Positions 4,214 through 11,489 of a DNA stretch of 32,000 nucleotides are shown one piece after another. Each line of letters starts with the position of its first letter. Position 1 is the first letter of the stretch. The position numbers and the translations under genes were made by a program. The stretch is from Serratia marcescens (GTDB lineage Bacteria; Pseudomonadota; Gammaproteobacteria; Enterobacterales; Enterobacteriaceae). The notes under the pieces are model-generated. The model was not told the DNA's origin. It saw nothing but the letters and a program-made list of their open reading frames with translations, and did not search any database. The stretch is taken from the NCBI GenBank assembly GCA_015548865.1, contig JADMXW010000031.1, positions 1 through 32,000 of the forward strand. The letters are read 5' to 3'.

Positions 4214-4979
4214 AAAAATATCACCTATCAGACCTGATTTGCAGGTCGTGGAGCCTCGCGTGGTTGATCTCGAAGATGGTTACACGCGAACTGCTAACGA
4301 ATTGCTTGAGGCCGTGATGTTATCCGGCTTGACGCAACACCAATTGCTGATTGTTATTGCCGTATGGAGAAAGACATACGGCTACAACAAGAAAATGGAC
4401 TGGATCGGCAATGAGCAGTTCGAAGCACTTACAGGGATGGCTGCAACAAAATGCTCTACAGCGAAAAACGAGTTAATCAGGATGGGAGTCCTTGTACAGC
4501 AAGGGCGACAGGTAGGAATGAATAAGGCCGTTTCTGAGTGGAAAACTAAGTTTAACGGATTCGGTAAAACCTTTACTGATTCGGTAAAGAAAAACTTTCC
4601 TGAATCGGTAAAAAGTGATTTACCGAAACGGTCAAACACAAAAGACAATATTACAAAAGACAATAAAGACATTAAAAATATAGGGAGTGACGACCCGAAA
4701 AAATCCCCCAAAAAGGAGAAAAAGGCGACGCAGCGATCACCTAATTTCTCCCCATCCGCAAAGCATGAATCTCTGGCCTATGAGTTAGGAGTTAACCTGC
4801 AAAACGAGTTTTTGAAGTTTGTCGATTACCACGACTCAAAGGGAACCACTTTCAAGAATTGGGATGCTGCTTTGAACATGTGGCTGCGCAACGCAGTCAG
4901 GTACAGCAAACCAACTGTGAGAGGTGTTTCCCGACCTAGCCAACCAATGAACCACATACCGGAGGGCTTCACAGGATGA
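4197..4979 (+). CDS. O: Replication initiator, lambda O-like (Phage_rep_O N-terminal domain)
   Basis: ATG at 4197 with GGAGGG upstream (the track start at 4161 is a TTG). Signature GYTRTANELLEAVMLSGLTQHQLLIVIAVWRKTYGYNKKMDWI. It contains the iteron origin internally, as lambda O does. Confidence 0.85.
   Translation: MSLAHRKISPIRPDLQVVEPRVVDLEDGYTRTANELLEAVMLSGLTQHQLLIVIAVWRKTYGYNKKMDWIGNEQFEALTGMAATKCSTAKNELIRMGVLVQQGRQVGMNKAVSEWKTKFNGFGKTFTDSVKKNFPESVKSDLPKRSNTKDNITKDNKDIKNIGSDDPKKSPKKEKKATQRSPNFSPSAKHESLAYELGVNLQNEFLKFVDYHDSKGTTFKNWDAALNMWLRNAVRYSKPTVRGVSRPSQPMNHIPEGFTG
4558..4680. repeat. Probable origin of replication inside the O gene: four iterons plus an AT-rich tract
   Basis: GATTCGGTAAA at 4558-4568 and 4578-4588; GAATCGGTAAA at 4602-4612; inverted TTTACCGAAAC at 4619-4629. 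An A/T-rich region follows at 4631-4680, containing a 13-bp direct repeat ACAAAAGACAATA (4638-4650 and 4653-4665). Confidence 0.7.
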
Positions 4980-5710
4980 GCGATTTAATTCGACGCCTAC
5001 AGGCTGCCATGCCTCCGGGCATCAAGCCAAAGTTCACGACGCCGGAAGAATGGGTGGAGTGGCAGAAGGAGCAGGGCCGGAAGGATTCGGAGCGCATTGC
5101 AGAGCAGAACCGCATTACCCGGCTGCAAAAAGTCCTCGGGCGATCTGGAATTCAGGAGCTTCACCGCACTTGCACATTCCAGAATTACAACGCTGAATTA
5201 CCGGGGCAACGTAATGCGCTGGATAAAGCCAAGCAGTATGCGAACCAGTTCGGCGGAGGGTTTGGTGGGTTCATTTTCAGCGGCGGTTGTGGCACTGGGA
5301 AAAACCATCTGGCGGCGGCTATCGGTAATCACCTGCTGGCGAAAAACAAATCCGTGCTGGTTGTCACCGTGCCCGACCTGATGATGCGATTTCGTGAAAC
5401 CTATCAGGACGGTGCGAAGCTGTCAGAGCATGACCTGATGAGCGACCTGTGCAACGTTGATCTGCTGATTCTGGACGATATCGGTGTGCAGCGCGGCAAC
5501 AAAAACGAGGAGGTAGTGCTGTTCCAAATCGTTGATCGCCGCCTGTCTGCAAAGAAGCCTGTGGGGATGCTAACAAACCTCAACGTTGAGCAATTAACCG
5601 AGCTACTTACCGAGCGAATCATGGACAGAATGCGAATGGACGGCGGCATGTGGGTAAATTTCGACTGGCCCAGCTATCGGAAAAATGTCCGGTCAAATCA
5701 GGGGGAGTAG
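4976..5710 (+). CDS. dnaC: DnaC-like helicase loader (AAA+ ATPase)
   Basis: GRSGIQELHRTCTFQNY...FIFSGGCGTGKNHLAAAIGNHLL...DLLILDDIGVQ...MLTNLN is close to E. coli DnaC. Its start forms an ATGA overlap with the O stop. Confidence 0.9.
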   Translation: MSDLIRRLQAAMPPGIKPKFTTPEEWVEWQKEQGRKDSERIAEQNRITRLQKVLGRSGIQELHRTCTFQNYNAELPGQRNALDKAKQYANQFGGGFGGFIFSGGCGTGKNHLAAAIGNHLLAKNKSVLVVTVPDLMMRFRETYQDGAKLSEHDLMSDLCNVDLLILDDIGVQRGNKNEEVVLFQIVDRRLSAKKPVGMLTNLNVEQLTELLTERIMDRMRMDGGMWVNFDWPSYRKNVRSNQGE

Positions 5711-5971
5711 ATGGAAATAATTAAATTACATCAGGTATGCCGAATTCACGCAGCAGGAAACAATGGCGAAGAGCGCATAGAGTGGGAGCCGATTTATATT
5801 CAGGTTAGCCATATAGAGTCTTTTTTCTCTGCTGGTCGAACGGTAATAGAACTCGCCAGCGGTCGCAGAATTGAAGTTAAAGAGACGCCGGAATATATAA
5901 CGTCGCATATGCCGTGTGACGTTTTCAACAACGTGCGACCGATAGATGACATCGAATGGCGTCCACTTTGA
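5711..5971 (+). CDS. Hypothetical protein (86 aa)
   Basis: Complete ORF starting 1 nt after the dnaC-like stop, with GGGGGAG upstream. Confidence 0.65.
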   Translation: MEIIKLHQVCRIHAAGNNGEERIEWEPIYIQVSHIESFFSAGRTVIELASGRRIEVKETPEYITSHMPCDVFNNVRPIDDIEWRPL

Positions 5972-6204
5972 TGGGGGGGAGTAGAACAGTGAAAGTAAAA
6001 ACTAGCGAGTTGACCGCAAAGCAGCGTGAATATTTATCGAAAATGCAGCGCGGTGGAACGCCAACGAAGAAACCGAATGACCGCACGATGAAATCACTAT
6101 CGGCAAAAGGGCTGGTGAAGTATGCGTTTTTCGTCGGCTGGCATATCACGGCAGAAGGGCTGAGCATCGAACTCCTGGAGGGATTAGCTAATGGGCTGGA
6201 TTAA
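5971..6204 (+). CDS. Hypothetical protein (about 72-77 aa)
   Basis: ATG at 5971 overlaps the upstream stop (TGATG). An alternative start is GTG 5989, with GGGGGAG 7 nt upstream; the track start is 5956. Confidence 0.6.
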   Translation: MGGSRTVKVKTSELTAKQREYLSKMQRGGTPTKKPNDRTMKSLSAKGLVKYAFFVGWHITAEGLSIELLEGLANGLD

Positions 6205-6445
6205 GGTAAGCGAGAGAATGCCTGAAAATTCTTGTTATGTTATTGCGGTAAGGAAATACCATGCAGAGGGAAGTCAACCTCATGTTATTCATACTTTTTT
6301 CACAAAAGACCGTGAATTAGCTCGGAAAAATAACAAATATTATTCAAGAAAGACGCAAGGTAAAGATTCTGTGCATTTTGAATGTGCTGAGGCTGGATTT
6401 ATCGTGACCCACTGGCAACCGCTACCAGAACCCACACAGGACTAA
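6191..6445 (+). CDS. DUF551-like phage protein
   Basis: WIKVSERMPE...THWQPLPEP is the typical DUF551 signature. Confidence 0.7.
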   Translation: MGWIKVSERMPENSCYVIAVRKYHAEGSQPHVIHTFFTKDRELARKNNKYYSRKTQGKDSVHFECAEAGFIVTHWQPLPEPTQD

Positions 6446-6447
6446 CC

Positions 6448-6522
6448 ATGATTTACCTGTATTTATCTGAACTAATAGGCTCGCTAATAATCGCGGGCCT
6501 TATTTTTACCCGGAGGATGTGA
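6448..6522 (+). CDS. Possible 24-aa hydrophobic peptide (MIYLYLSELIGSLIIAGLIFTRRM)
   Basis: It fills the gap between flanking genes, and its stop overlaps the next ATG (TGATG). The RBS is weak. Confidence 0.25.
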   Translation: MIYLYLSELIGSLIIAGLIFTRRM

Positions 6523-6665
6523 TGAGCGACAAAACTGAATGCGACGTTTGCGGAAAAGAGATTTCCACTCTGGCTATTTACAGTGGCGATGGCAATGAGG
6601 AATTGTGCGCCGATTGTTACCACGACATTTACGACATCGATGAAGATACTTTGATTGAGGATTAG
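6522..6665 (+). CDS. Small 47-aa Cys4 zinc-ribbon-like acidic protein
   Basis: GGAGG lies 5 nt upstream of the ATG. It has CDVC...CADC motifs. It is below the track size cut-off. Confidence 0.55.
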   Translation: MSDKTECDVCGKEISTLAIYSGDGNEELCADCYHDIYDIDEDTLIED

Positions 6666-6667
6666 CC

Positions 6668-6826
6668 ATGAGCACAGAACAGCAGCAACAATTCCTTGAG
6701 CGTTGCATAGAAGAGCAGCGTAAGCGCAATGCACCAGATTTACTCCGCCTATGGAGGTTGCAACAGGAAGAGAAATATCTGAACGAAATCCGCAGTTTCT
6801 ACCGAGAAATTAACTGGAGCCTATGA
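6668..6826 (+). CDS. Hypothetical 52-aa protein
   Basis: ATG lies 2 nt after the upstream stop, and its own stop overlaps the next start (ATGATGA). It is below the track size cut-off. Confidence 0.5.
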   Translation: MSTEQQQQFLERCIEEQRKRNAPDLLRLWRLQQEEKYLNEIRSFYREINWSL

Positions 6827-7059
6827 TGAGCACAGAACAAATTTATGCAGAATTTGATAAATGGTGGCACGCGCCAGAACAGCATGAATTGCGGATTAGT
6901 TGCGCAAAAGGCTGGGGGTTCAGGATATGGCAGGCGAGCAGGTCTGAGTTACTCATTGAGTTGCCGTCATGGGACAGCTACGACACGACGCAGCAAATAA
7001 TTTCGGAAGCCGCCGATAGAGTCCGCGCAGCCGGAATAACAGTGAAGGAGGGGGCATGA
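6823..7059 (+). CDS. Hypothetical protein (78 aa)
   Basis: Complete ORF, translationally coupled on both sides. Confidence 0.65.
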   Translation: MMSTEQIYAEFDKWWHAPEQHELRISCAKGWGFRIWQASRSELLIELPSWDSYDTTQQIISEAADRVRAAGITVKEGA

Positions 7060-7367
7060 TTTTCTTATCAAGATTTGCACTTCGATTCAAAAATGCGAAA
7101 ACCGTAATTCGTCAGATTAAGAACGGAGAATGGATACCAAGAATGAATGGCATTGACAGGTCTCACTACACGGCACATCGAGATGGGCACATTTTGTGGA
7201 TGGCAAACGGTGCGTTTTTCTGCGACTTAAAAGACCGTGACAGCTACGATGATTTGATGGCGTTCGGTCTGATATGGCGGCATTGGGTGTGGTGGGCTGC
7301 GGCAAGAAAATTAAAGGCGGAAGCAGACAAAAAAACGCTACGTGAACTCAACCCTCCAGAATTATGA
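7056..7367 (+). CDS. Hypothetical protein (103 aa)
   Basis: Complete ORF with an ATGA overlap with the upstream gene. Confidence 0.65.
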   Translation: MIFLSRFALRFKNAKTVIRQIKNGEWIPRMNGIDRSHYTAHRDGHILWMANGAFFCDLKDRDSYDDLMAFGLIWRHWVWWAAARKLKAEADKKTLRELNPPEL

Positions 7368-7375
7368 GGTGACCA

Positions 7376-7843
7376 GTGAAGCAAACCTATCTGCTTCGCA
7401 ACGAAGCAATCAGAAATAACGCAATAGACACCATCCTCACACTACCAATCGACGACAAGTCACCGCACGAAATCCACGTTAAAGAACCCAAGCGAAGCAA
7501 AGCACAAAACGACCGCATGTGGCCGATGTTGCAGGACGTTTCGCGGCAGGTGCTTTGGCATGGTCAGCGGTACGACGAAAGCGACTGGAAAGACATTTTC
7601 ACCGCGCTATGGCTGAAGACGAAACGGCAGGAACAACGCAGTGCGCCGGGCATTGACGGCGGCGTTGTGCTGTTCGGCGTTCGCACAAGCAAGATGCGCA
7701 AGGCCAACATGACAGAGTTGATTGAAATCATATTCTGGTTTGGCTCAGAGCGAAATGTCAGGTGGAGCGATGACTCTCGACGTGAATATGAATTATCTCA
7801 ACGAGCAGGGGATAAAAATGACAACAAGACGAGCAATCTGTGA
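7376..7843 (+). CDS. ninB: NinB/Orf family recombination mediator
   Basis: RSKAQNDRMWPMLQDVSRQVLWHGQRYDESDWKDIFTA...TSKMRKANMTELIEIIFWFGSERNVRWSD resembles lambda NinB (RSLDQNRKLWACLGDVSRQVEWHGRWLDAESWK...). The start is GTG with GAGG 6 nt upstream. Confidence 0.85.
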   Translation: MKQTYLLRNEAIRNNAIDTILTLPIDDKSPHEIHVKEPKRSKAQNDRMWPMLQDVSRQVLWHGQRYDESDWKDIFTALWLKTKRQEQRSAPGIDGGVVLFGVRTSKMRKANMTELIEIIFWFGSERNVRWSDDSRREYELSQRAGDKNDNKTSNL

Positions 7844-8126
7844 GTACCTCAAATCTCACGGAAACGGGACATTCAAACAGCTACGTGAACACTGCGAAAA
7901 GGCCGGAGTAAGTTGCTCTAGTGGCGGCATATCTTTTTGCGTTGGTGACATGCTAAATCGCGGAGAGGTTTACCGCACTGGCAAGCCCGGAAAATACGTT
8001 TACCTCCCCACTGAGCTACTCAAAGAAGAAATCCCCCGGCAATCAAGAGAGACGAAAGTGCATAAAATTAATCATGCCAGTCTCCCGGCTATGTTCGATC
8101 GGCTACTGCGCGAGGTGCGGGGATGA
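7818..8126 (+). CDS. Hypothetical protein (102 aa), possibly winged-helix
   Basis: An internal ATG of track ORF 7722..8126 was chosen to limit the overlap with ninB. It is coupled to the downstream methyltransferase gene. Confidence 0.55.
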   Translation: MTTRRAICEYLKSHGNGTFKQLREHCEKAGVSCSSGGISFCVGDMLNRGEVYRTGKPGKYVYLPTELLKEEIPRQSRETKVHKINHASLPAMFDRLLREVRG

Positions 8127-8668
8127 GCTACCACGATTCTACAACACCGAAAGAAAGCCGCGATACATGGTGCACGCCACCTGAAATTTACCACGCATTA
8201 AACCGTGAGTTTCACTTTGTCGGTGATGTGGCAGCCAGCGACACGAATCACCTACATCGCGTATACCTGACGCAAGAAACCGACGCGCTATCTGTCTTGT
8301 GGGGCATGGCATTTAATGATGGATGCGTGTGGTGCAACCCCCCGTATAGCGATATTGGTCCATGGGTGGAGAAAGCGCAGGAAACAACATGCAGCCCCCC
8401 AGGTGTGGTAATGCTGGTCCCCGCCGATGTGTCCGTTGGCTGGTTCAAGCAGGCATTGATCGACGTAAGCGAGGTTAGATTCATCACTGGCGGCAGACTG
8501 GCATTCATCAACCCGGAAACAGGAAAGCCATCAGGTGGCGGGCGAATGGGCTCAATGCTGCTTATCTGGAACCGGCAGCGGCCCGGAACGCGGATATTCA
8601 CCACCGTAGAGCGTGACGAGCTAATGGAATATGGCGCGCAGATTCTCGCAGTAAGGAGCGCTGCATGA
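8123..8668 (+). CDS. Phage N6-adenine DNA methyltransferase (Dam family, orphan)
   Basis: WCTPPEIY motif and catalytic NPPY (CNPPYSDIGPWVEKA), typical of nin-region phage Dam methylases. No restriction partner is visible. Confidence 0.85.
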   Translation: MSYHDSTTPKESRDTWCTPPEIYHALNREFHFVGDVAASDTNHLHRVYLTQETDALSVLWGMAFNDGCVWCNPPYSDIGPWVEKAQETTCSPPGVVMLVPADVSVGWFKQALIDVSEVRFITGGRLAFINPETGKPSGGGRMGSMLLIWNRQRPGTRIFTTVERDELMEYGAQILAVRSAA

Positions 8669-8850
8669 TGCGAAGCCCCACGCAAAAAGTTATGGACAGC
8701 ATGATATTCAGACCTACCCGCCGAAGCAGAAACAAGCCAAAACCAATCCCACCCGCTGATGAAGTTACCACGCTGAATTACACGGCGCGGCTTACCGACT
8801 CTATGTGGGCACGGAGAAAAATCAGGAGGCCAAATGTTACTAACCGATGA
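8665..8850 (+). CDS. ninE: NinE-like protein
   Basis: PTRRSRNKPKPIP...TLNYTARL matches lambda NinE (PTKRTRNKPKPIP...FNYTAHL, from memory). Confidence 0.75.
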   Translation: MMRSPTQKVMDSMIFRPTRRSRNKPKPIPPADEVTTLNYTARLTDSMWARRKIRRPNVTNR

Positions 8851-9043
8851 TGAGATAGAAGCCTATCAAAAAGGCTGCCTGCATCGCTCATGGGGCGTGA
8901 GCTACGAAGGCTATCCGCTTTGTTGTGCATGCGGTGCTGAGATGAAAAACGGTGAGGTATACGCACATGCAGAATGCGCTGAAAGGCTGCTTGAGGGTGA
9001 AGTAACTGAGAGAGTTAGGAGCGAAAACGATGGCGAATCTTAG
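8834..9043 (+). CDS. Small Cys-rich protein, NinF-like by position
   Basis: Has a CCACG...HAEC motif and an acidic tail, and occupies the position after ninE. Confidence 0.5.
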   Translation: MLLTDDEIEAYQKGCLHRSWGVSYEGYPLCCACGAEMKNGEVYAHAECAERLLEGEVTERVRSENDGES

Positions 9044-9320
9044 AAAAGAGGCCAGGGGCAGAGAGTGCCAGGTGCGCTTACCGGGCATCTGTAACGGCAA
9101 TGCAGAAACCGTAGTGCTGGCGCATTACCGGATGTCTGGCATTTGTGGCACAGGAATGAAGCCTGACGACCTTTTCGGCGCATGGGCGTGTTCTGCGTGC
9201 CATGACGAGATAGACCGCCGTACGCGCCTCACAGACGCCGATAGCGCACACCTTGCTCATCTTGAGGGGGTGATCAGGACGCAAGCTGTTTTACTGGCAG
9301 AGGGGAAAATCCGGCGATGA
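9030..9320 (+). CDS. ybcO: YbcO-like protein (DUF1364, putative nuclease)
   Basis: LRKEARGRECQVRLPGICNGNAETVVLAH...CSACHDEIDRR closely matches DLP12 YbcO. Confidence 0.8.
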   Translation: MANLRKEARGRECQVRLPGICNGNAETVVLAHYRMSGICGTGMKPDDLFGAWACSACHDEIDRRTRLTDADSAHLAHLEGVIRTQAVLLAEGKIRR

Positions 9321-9679
9321 TTGAATATCACCTCAAGCTGCCTTGGCCGCCCAGCGTTAACACATACTGGCGACACGCAAGGGGAAGGCACTACATCAGC
9401 GAGAAAGGCACAGAATACCGACAAAGCATCATCCAGATAATCCAGCAGCAAAACCTCGATATCAACACTCCCGCAAGACTGAAAATTTCCATCATCGCCA
9501 ACGCTCCGGATAAACGACGCCGTGACCTCGATAACCTGCAAAAGGCGGTTTTCGATTCGCTAACGCACGCTGGATTCATGCTGGACGACGAGCAGATAGA
9601 CGATTTCAGGGTAAGGCTCGGCGAGAGGGTGAAGGGCGGCGGTCTGGATATCGTCATCACTGAATTGGAGGGCGTATGA
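9317..9679 (+). CDS. rusA: Holliday junction resolvase RusA
   Basis: LPWPPSVNTYWRH...DKRRRDLDNLQKAVFDSLTHAGFMLDDEQI matches E. coli RusA. Confidence 0.9.
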   Translation: MIEYHLKLPWPPSVNTYWRHARGRHYISEKGTEYRQSIIQIIQQQNLDINTPARLKISIIANAPDKRRRDLDNLQKAVFDSLTHAGFMLDDEQIDDFRVRLGERVKGGGLDIVITELEGV

Positions 9680-9837
9680 TTATCATCGCGGTGGTTATTT
9701 ACTCATTCATGGCAGGGATGATGTCTGAATGGATTCATACAAAGCTTAAAGAGGCTGGTAAAACGGAACACCTGACGCTATGCGCTCTCTTCTGGGGCTG
9801 TCTGTGGCCGGTGACGCTGTGGAGGATGATTGTATGA
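9676..9837 (+). CDS. Small 53-aa membrane protein with two hydrophobic segments
   Basis: ATGA overlap with the rusA stop. Sequence MIIIAVVIYSFMAGMM...LCALFWGCLWPVTLW. It is below the track size cut-off. Confidence 0.5.
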   Translation: MIIIAVVIYSFMAGMMSEWIHTKLKEAGKTEHLTLCALFWGCLWPVTLWRMIV

Positions 9838-9944
9838 AACTCCTTACCTATATTTTCTCACTCTTCACCCCAATAACCCCTCAAGTACAGCCAACCAGCT
9901 ATCAGAACTGGGATGCAGATCCAAAACGGAGGAAAGCTAAGTGA
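9834..9944 (+). CDS. Possible 36-aa peptide
   Basis: ATGA overlap with the upstream gene and GTGA overlap with the Q start. There is no other support. Confidence 0.3.
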   Translation: MKLLTYIFSLFTPITPQVQPTSYQNWDADPKRRKAK

Positions 9945-10762
9945 ATTTAGAGTCGATACCGAAATACTTCTCACCGAAATCACCGAAACTTTCCGACGAA
10001 TCCCCAGCAACAGCAAGTGACAGCTTAGGCATTAGTGATGTGATGGCCGCCATTGGTATGACACACCAGTCTGGCGGTATCGGGTTAGATTTATTTCTGG
10101 CTAAGATTGGCGTCAGCAGCCCAGATAAAGCGATAGAGGGATTGATAGGCATTGCACGAAGTCTGGCAGGACGATGCAAGCCTATCTCTGAACTCGATGA
10201 AGATAGTAAATCGGAACTACTGCAAGTGCTCGCAACGTTTGCGTATCAGGACTACGCGCGGAGTGCTGCCAGCGTCAAGCCGTGCCCGGATTGCACGGAC
10301 GGGTTTATTGATGCGGAGGTATTCACCACAAAATCACACATGCCATTTCACGCACAGGAAATAATCACCATGTCTAAACGGATGGACGTGGAGATAATCC
10401 CAAAAGAGTTTGAGATTGAGCGGCGGGTTAGAGAGGTTGTCAGGGTGCAATGCCCGACATGCGGCGGAAAGGCGGTCGTCAGCAATTCATGTCGCTGCAA
10501 AGGGAGAGGTAAAGTTCTGGACGAAGAAGCGACGAAAGCGAATGGAGGCTTGCCGATCCACAAAGAATGCCCGAAATGCAAAGGGAATGGATACCGCAAA
10601 ATGCCATCTGAGAACGTCAGGCGGGCCGTGTGTTTGCAGGTGATGGAAGTATCACAGCCTAGTTGGTCGCGCCACTACAAGCCTCTTTATGAGGCTATTG
10701 TGGGGGAATGCTTCAAGGAGGAATCAAAGGCATCTGCCGCGCTACATAAAATTACACGATAG
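9941..10762 (+). CDS. Q: Late-gene antiterminator Q (lambda Q type) with an enlarged Cys-rich insertion
   Basis: LESIPKYFSPKSPKLSDESPATASDSL...LQVLATFAYQDY...ECPKCKGNGYRKMP...SQPSWSRHYKPLYEAIVGECFKEES parallels lambda Q (LESVAKFHSPKSPMMSDSPRATASDSL...KVLQVLATFAYADY...). The start is GTG with GGAGG 9 nt upstream. Confidence 0.9.
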   Translation: MNLESIPKYFSPKSPKLSDESPATASDSLGISDVMAAIGMTHQSGGIGLDLFLAKIGVSSPDKAIEGLIGIARSLAGRCKPISELDEDSKSELLQVLATFAYQDYARSAASVKPCPDCTDGFIDAEVFTTKSHMPFHAQEIITMSKRMDVEIIPKEFEIERRVREVVRVQCPTCGGKAVVSNSCRCKGRGKVLDEEATKANGGLPIHKECPKCKGNGYRKMPSENVRRAVCLQVMEVSQPSWSRHYKPLYEAIVGECFKEESKASAALHKITR

Positions 10763-10804
10763 GAGCACAATCGCCACGGATGGCGGCGTTTTAAAAGCAT
10801 AGTC

Positions 10805-10844
10805 TTGACATTTGAATGGATTTGCCCATAATGACTCTAACAAT
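10805..10844 (+). promoter_or_regulatory. PR' late promoter with a qut-type pause element
   Basis: TTGACA (10805-10810), 16-nt spacer, CATAAT (10827-10832). The downstream GACTCTAACAATGGGTTAATT is nearly identical to lambda PR' GACTCAACGATGGGTTAATT. AACAAT at about +1..+6 is the -10-like sigma-dependent pause inducer. Confidence 0.8.
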
Positions 10845-11058
10845 GGGTTAATTGCCTGTTGTTCGTGGTTGAGAAGTAGGCCCAGCGAACCATAACCTAA
10901 GTGGGCCTAGTTGGTAGGAAGTACCGAAGTATGGTATGAGTCAACTCCAACCATGCAGGCTGAGAGGTCTGTCATATCGATGTACTGTTAAGCGAGCAGC
11001 GAATCGTTAGCGGGGATGGTCCCGCCAAACCGCCTGAAAGGGGCGGTGCCAATTCAAG

Positions 11059-11082
11059 CCACTGCTAACGCGGTGGATTTTT
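11059..11082 (+). terminator. tR'-like Rho-independent terminator ending the roughly 240-nt PR' leader
   Basis: CCACUGC-UAAC-GCGGUGG (7 bp including one G-U) followed by AUUUUUCAUUU. Confidence 0.7.
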
Positions 11083-11089
11083 CATTTCA

Positions 11090-11164
11090 GGGTCAGAAGC
11101 ACAGCGGTTGTGCGTTCGGCTGTTAACCGAATGGTCGAAGGTTCGAATCCTTCCTGTCCCGCCA
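11090..11164 (+). tRNA. tRNA-Asn (anticodon GUU), 75 nt with encoded CCA
   Basis: A manual cloverleaf fold works. Acceptor GGGTCAG/CTGTCCC has one T-T mismatch at 4:68. D stem is GCAC/GTGC. Anticodon stem TTCGG/CCGAA has loop CT-GTT-AA. T arm is GAAGG-TTCGAAT-CCTTC, and the 3' end is G-CCA. Confidence 0.8.
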
Positions 11165-11170
11165 CATTTC

Positions 11171-11200
11171 AGGCTGCGCTGTTGCGTGGCCTTTTTTATT
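11171..11200 (+). terminator. Rho-independent terminator after the tRNA
   Basis: A 9-bp stem AGGCUGCGC/GCGUGGCCU (two G-U pairs) with loop UGUU, followed by UUUUUUAUU. Confidence 0.65.
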
Positions 11201-11303
11201 TAGCGACCGGCAATCACTCCCTCACTCCTCCTGTAGCTCTTTGCCGGATCGCTTCCCTTTTTCAAATCACACACAGCGCCAACCCCACTGGGGAGGTGAG
11301 GCT

Positions 11304-11489
11304 ATGAGAATGGACAAATATTCAAGCGGCACCGCCATAGGCTGGGGTTCGTTTACTGCGATGTTGGGCGCTCTGTCACTCAATGATTGGGCGTTAATAG
11401 TTGGTATCATCTGCACGCTTGGCACATTTGGCGTCAATTGGTACTACAAGCGGAAAGAGTTTCAGCGCAACGCGGCGGCACAAAAATGA
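11304..11489 (+). CDS. Class II holin (phage 21 S-like pinholin) with a dual-start motif
   Basis: GGGAGGTGAGG RBS. The protein starts MRMDKYSSG with two Met codons (11304 and 11310). It has two hydrophobic segments and a charged C-terminus KRKEFQRNAAAQK, and resembles S21 (MDKISTGIAYG...). Confidence 0.85.
   Translation: MRMDKYSSGTAIGWGSFTAMLGALSLNDWALIVGIICTLGTFGVNWYYKRKEFQRNAAAQK

Noticed and set aside
6453-6734. 93-aa - strand ORF
   Set aside because: It is antisense to three tightly coupled + strand small ORFs, one of which has a GGAGG RBS. It has no RBS of its own and is the only - strand ORF in this operon. It is a likely shadow ORF.
8248-8685. 145-aa - strand ORF opposite the Dam methyltransferase
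   Set aside because: It lies entirely antisense to a gene with clear catalytic motifs (NPPY). It is a shadow ORF.
10985-10999. LexA-like sequence CTGTTAAGCGAGCAG
   Set aside because: The CTG and CAG arms are separated by 9 nt rather than 10, the spacer is not AT-rich, and no promoter is associated with it.
10860-11058. Possible additional tRNA or tRNA-like gene in the PR' leader
   Set aside because: There are several hairpins but no T-loop (GTTCRANYC) or cloverleaf that I could fold. It is treated as structured leader RNA.
11110-11307. 65-aa + strand ORF
   Set aside because: It has a GTG start inside the tRNA-Asn gene and reads through the tRNA, a terminator and the holin RBS. It is not coding.
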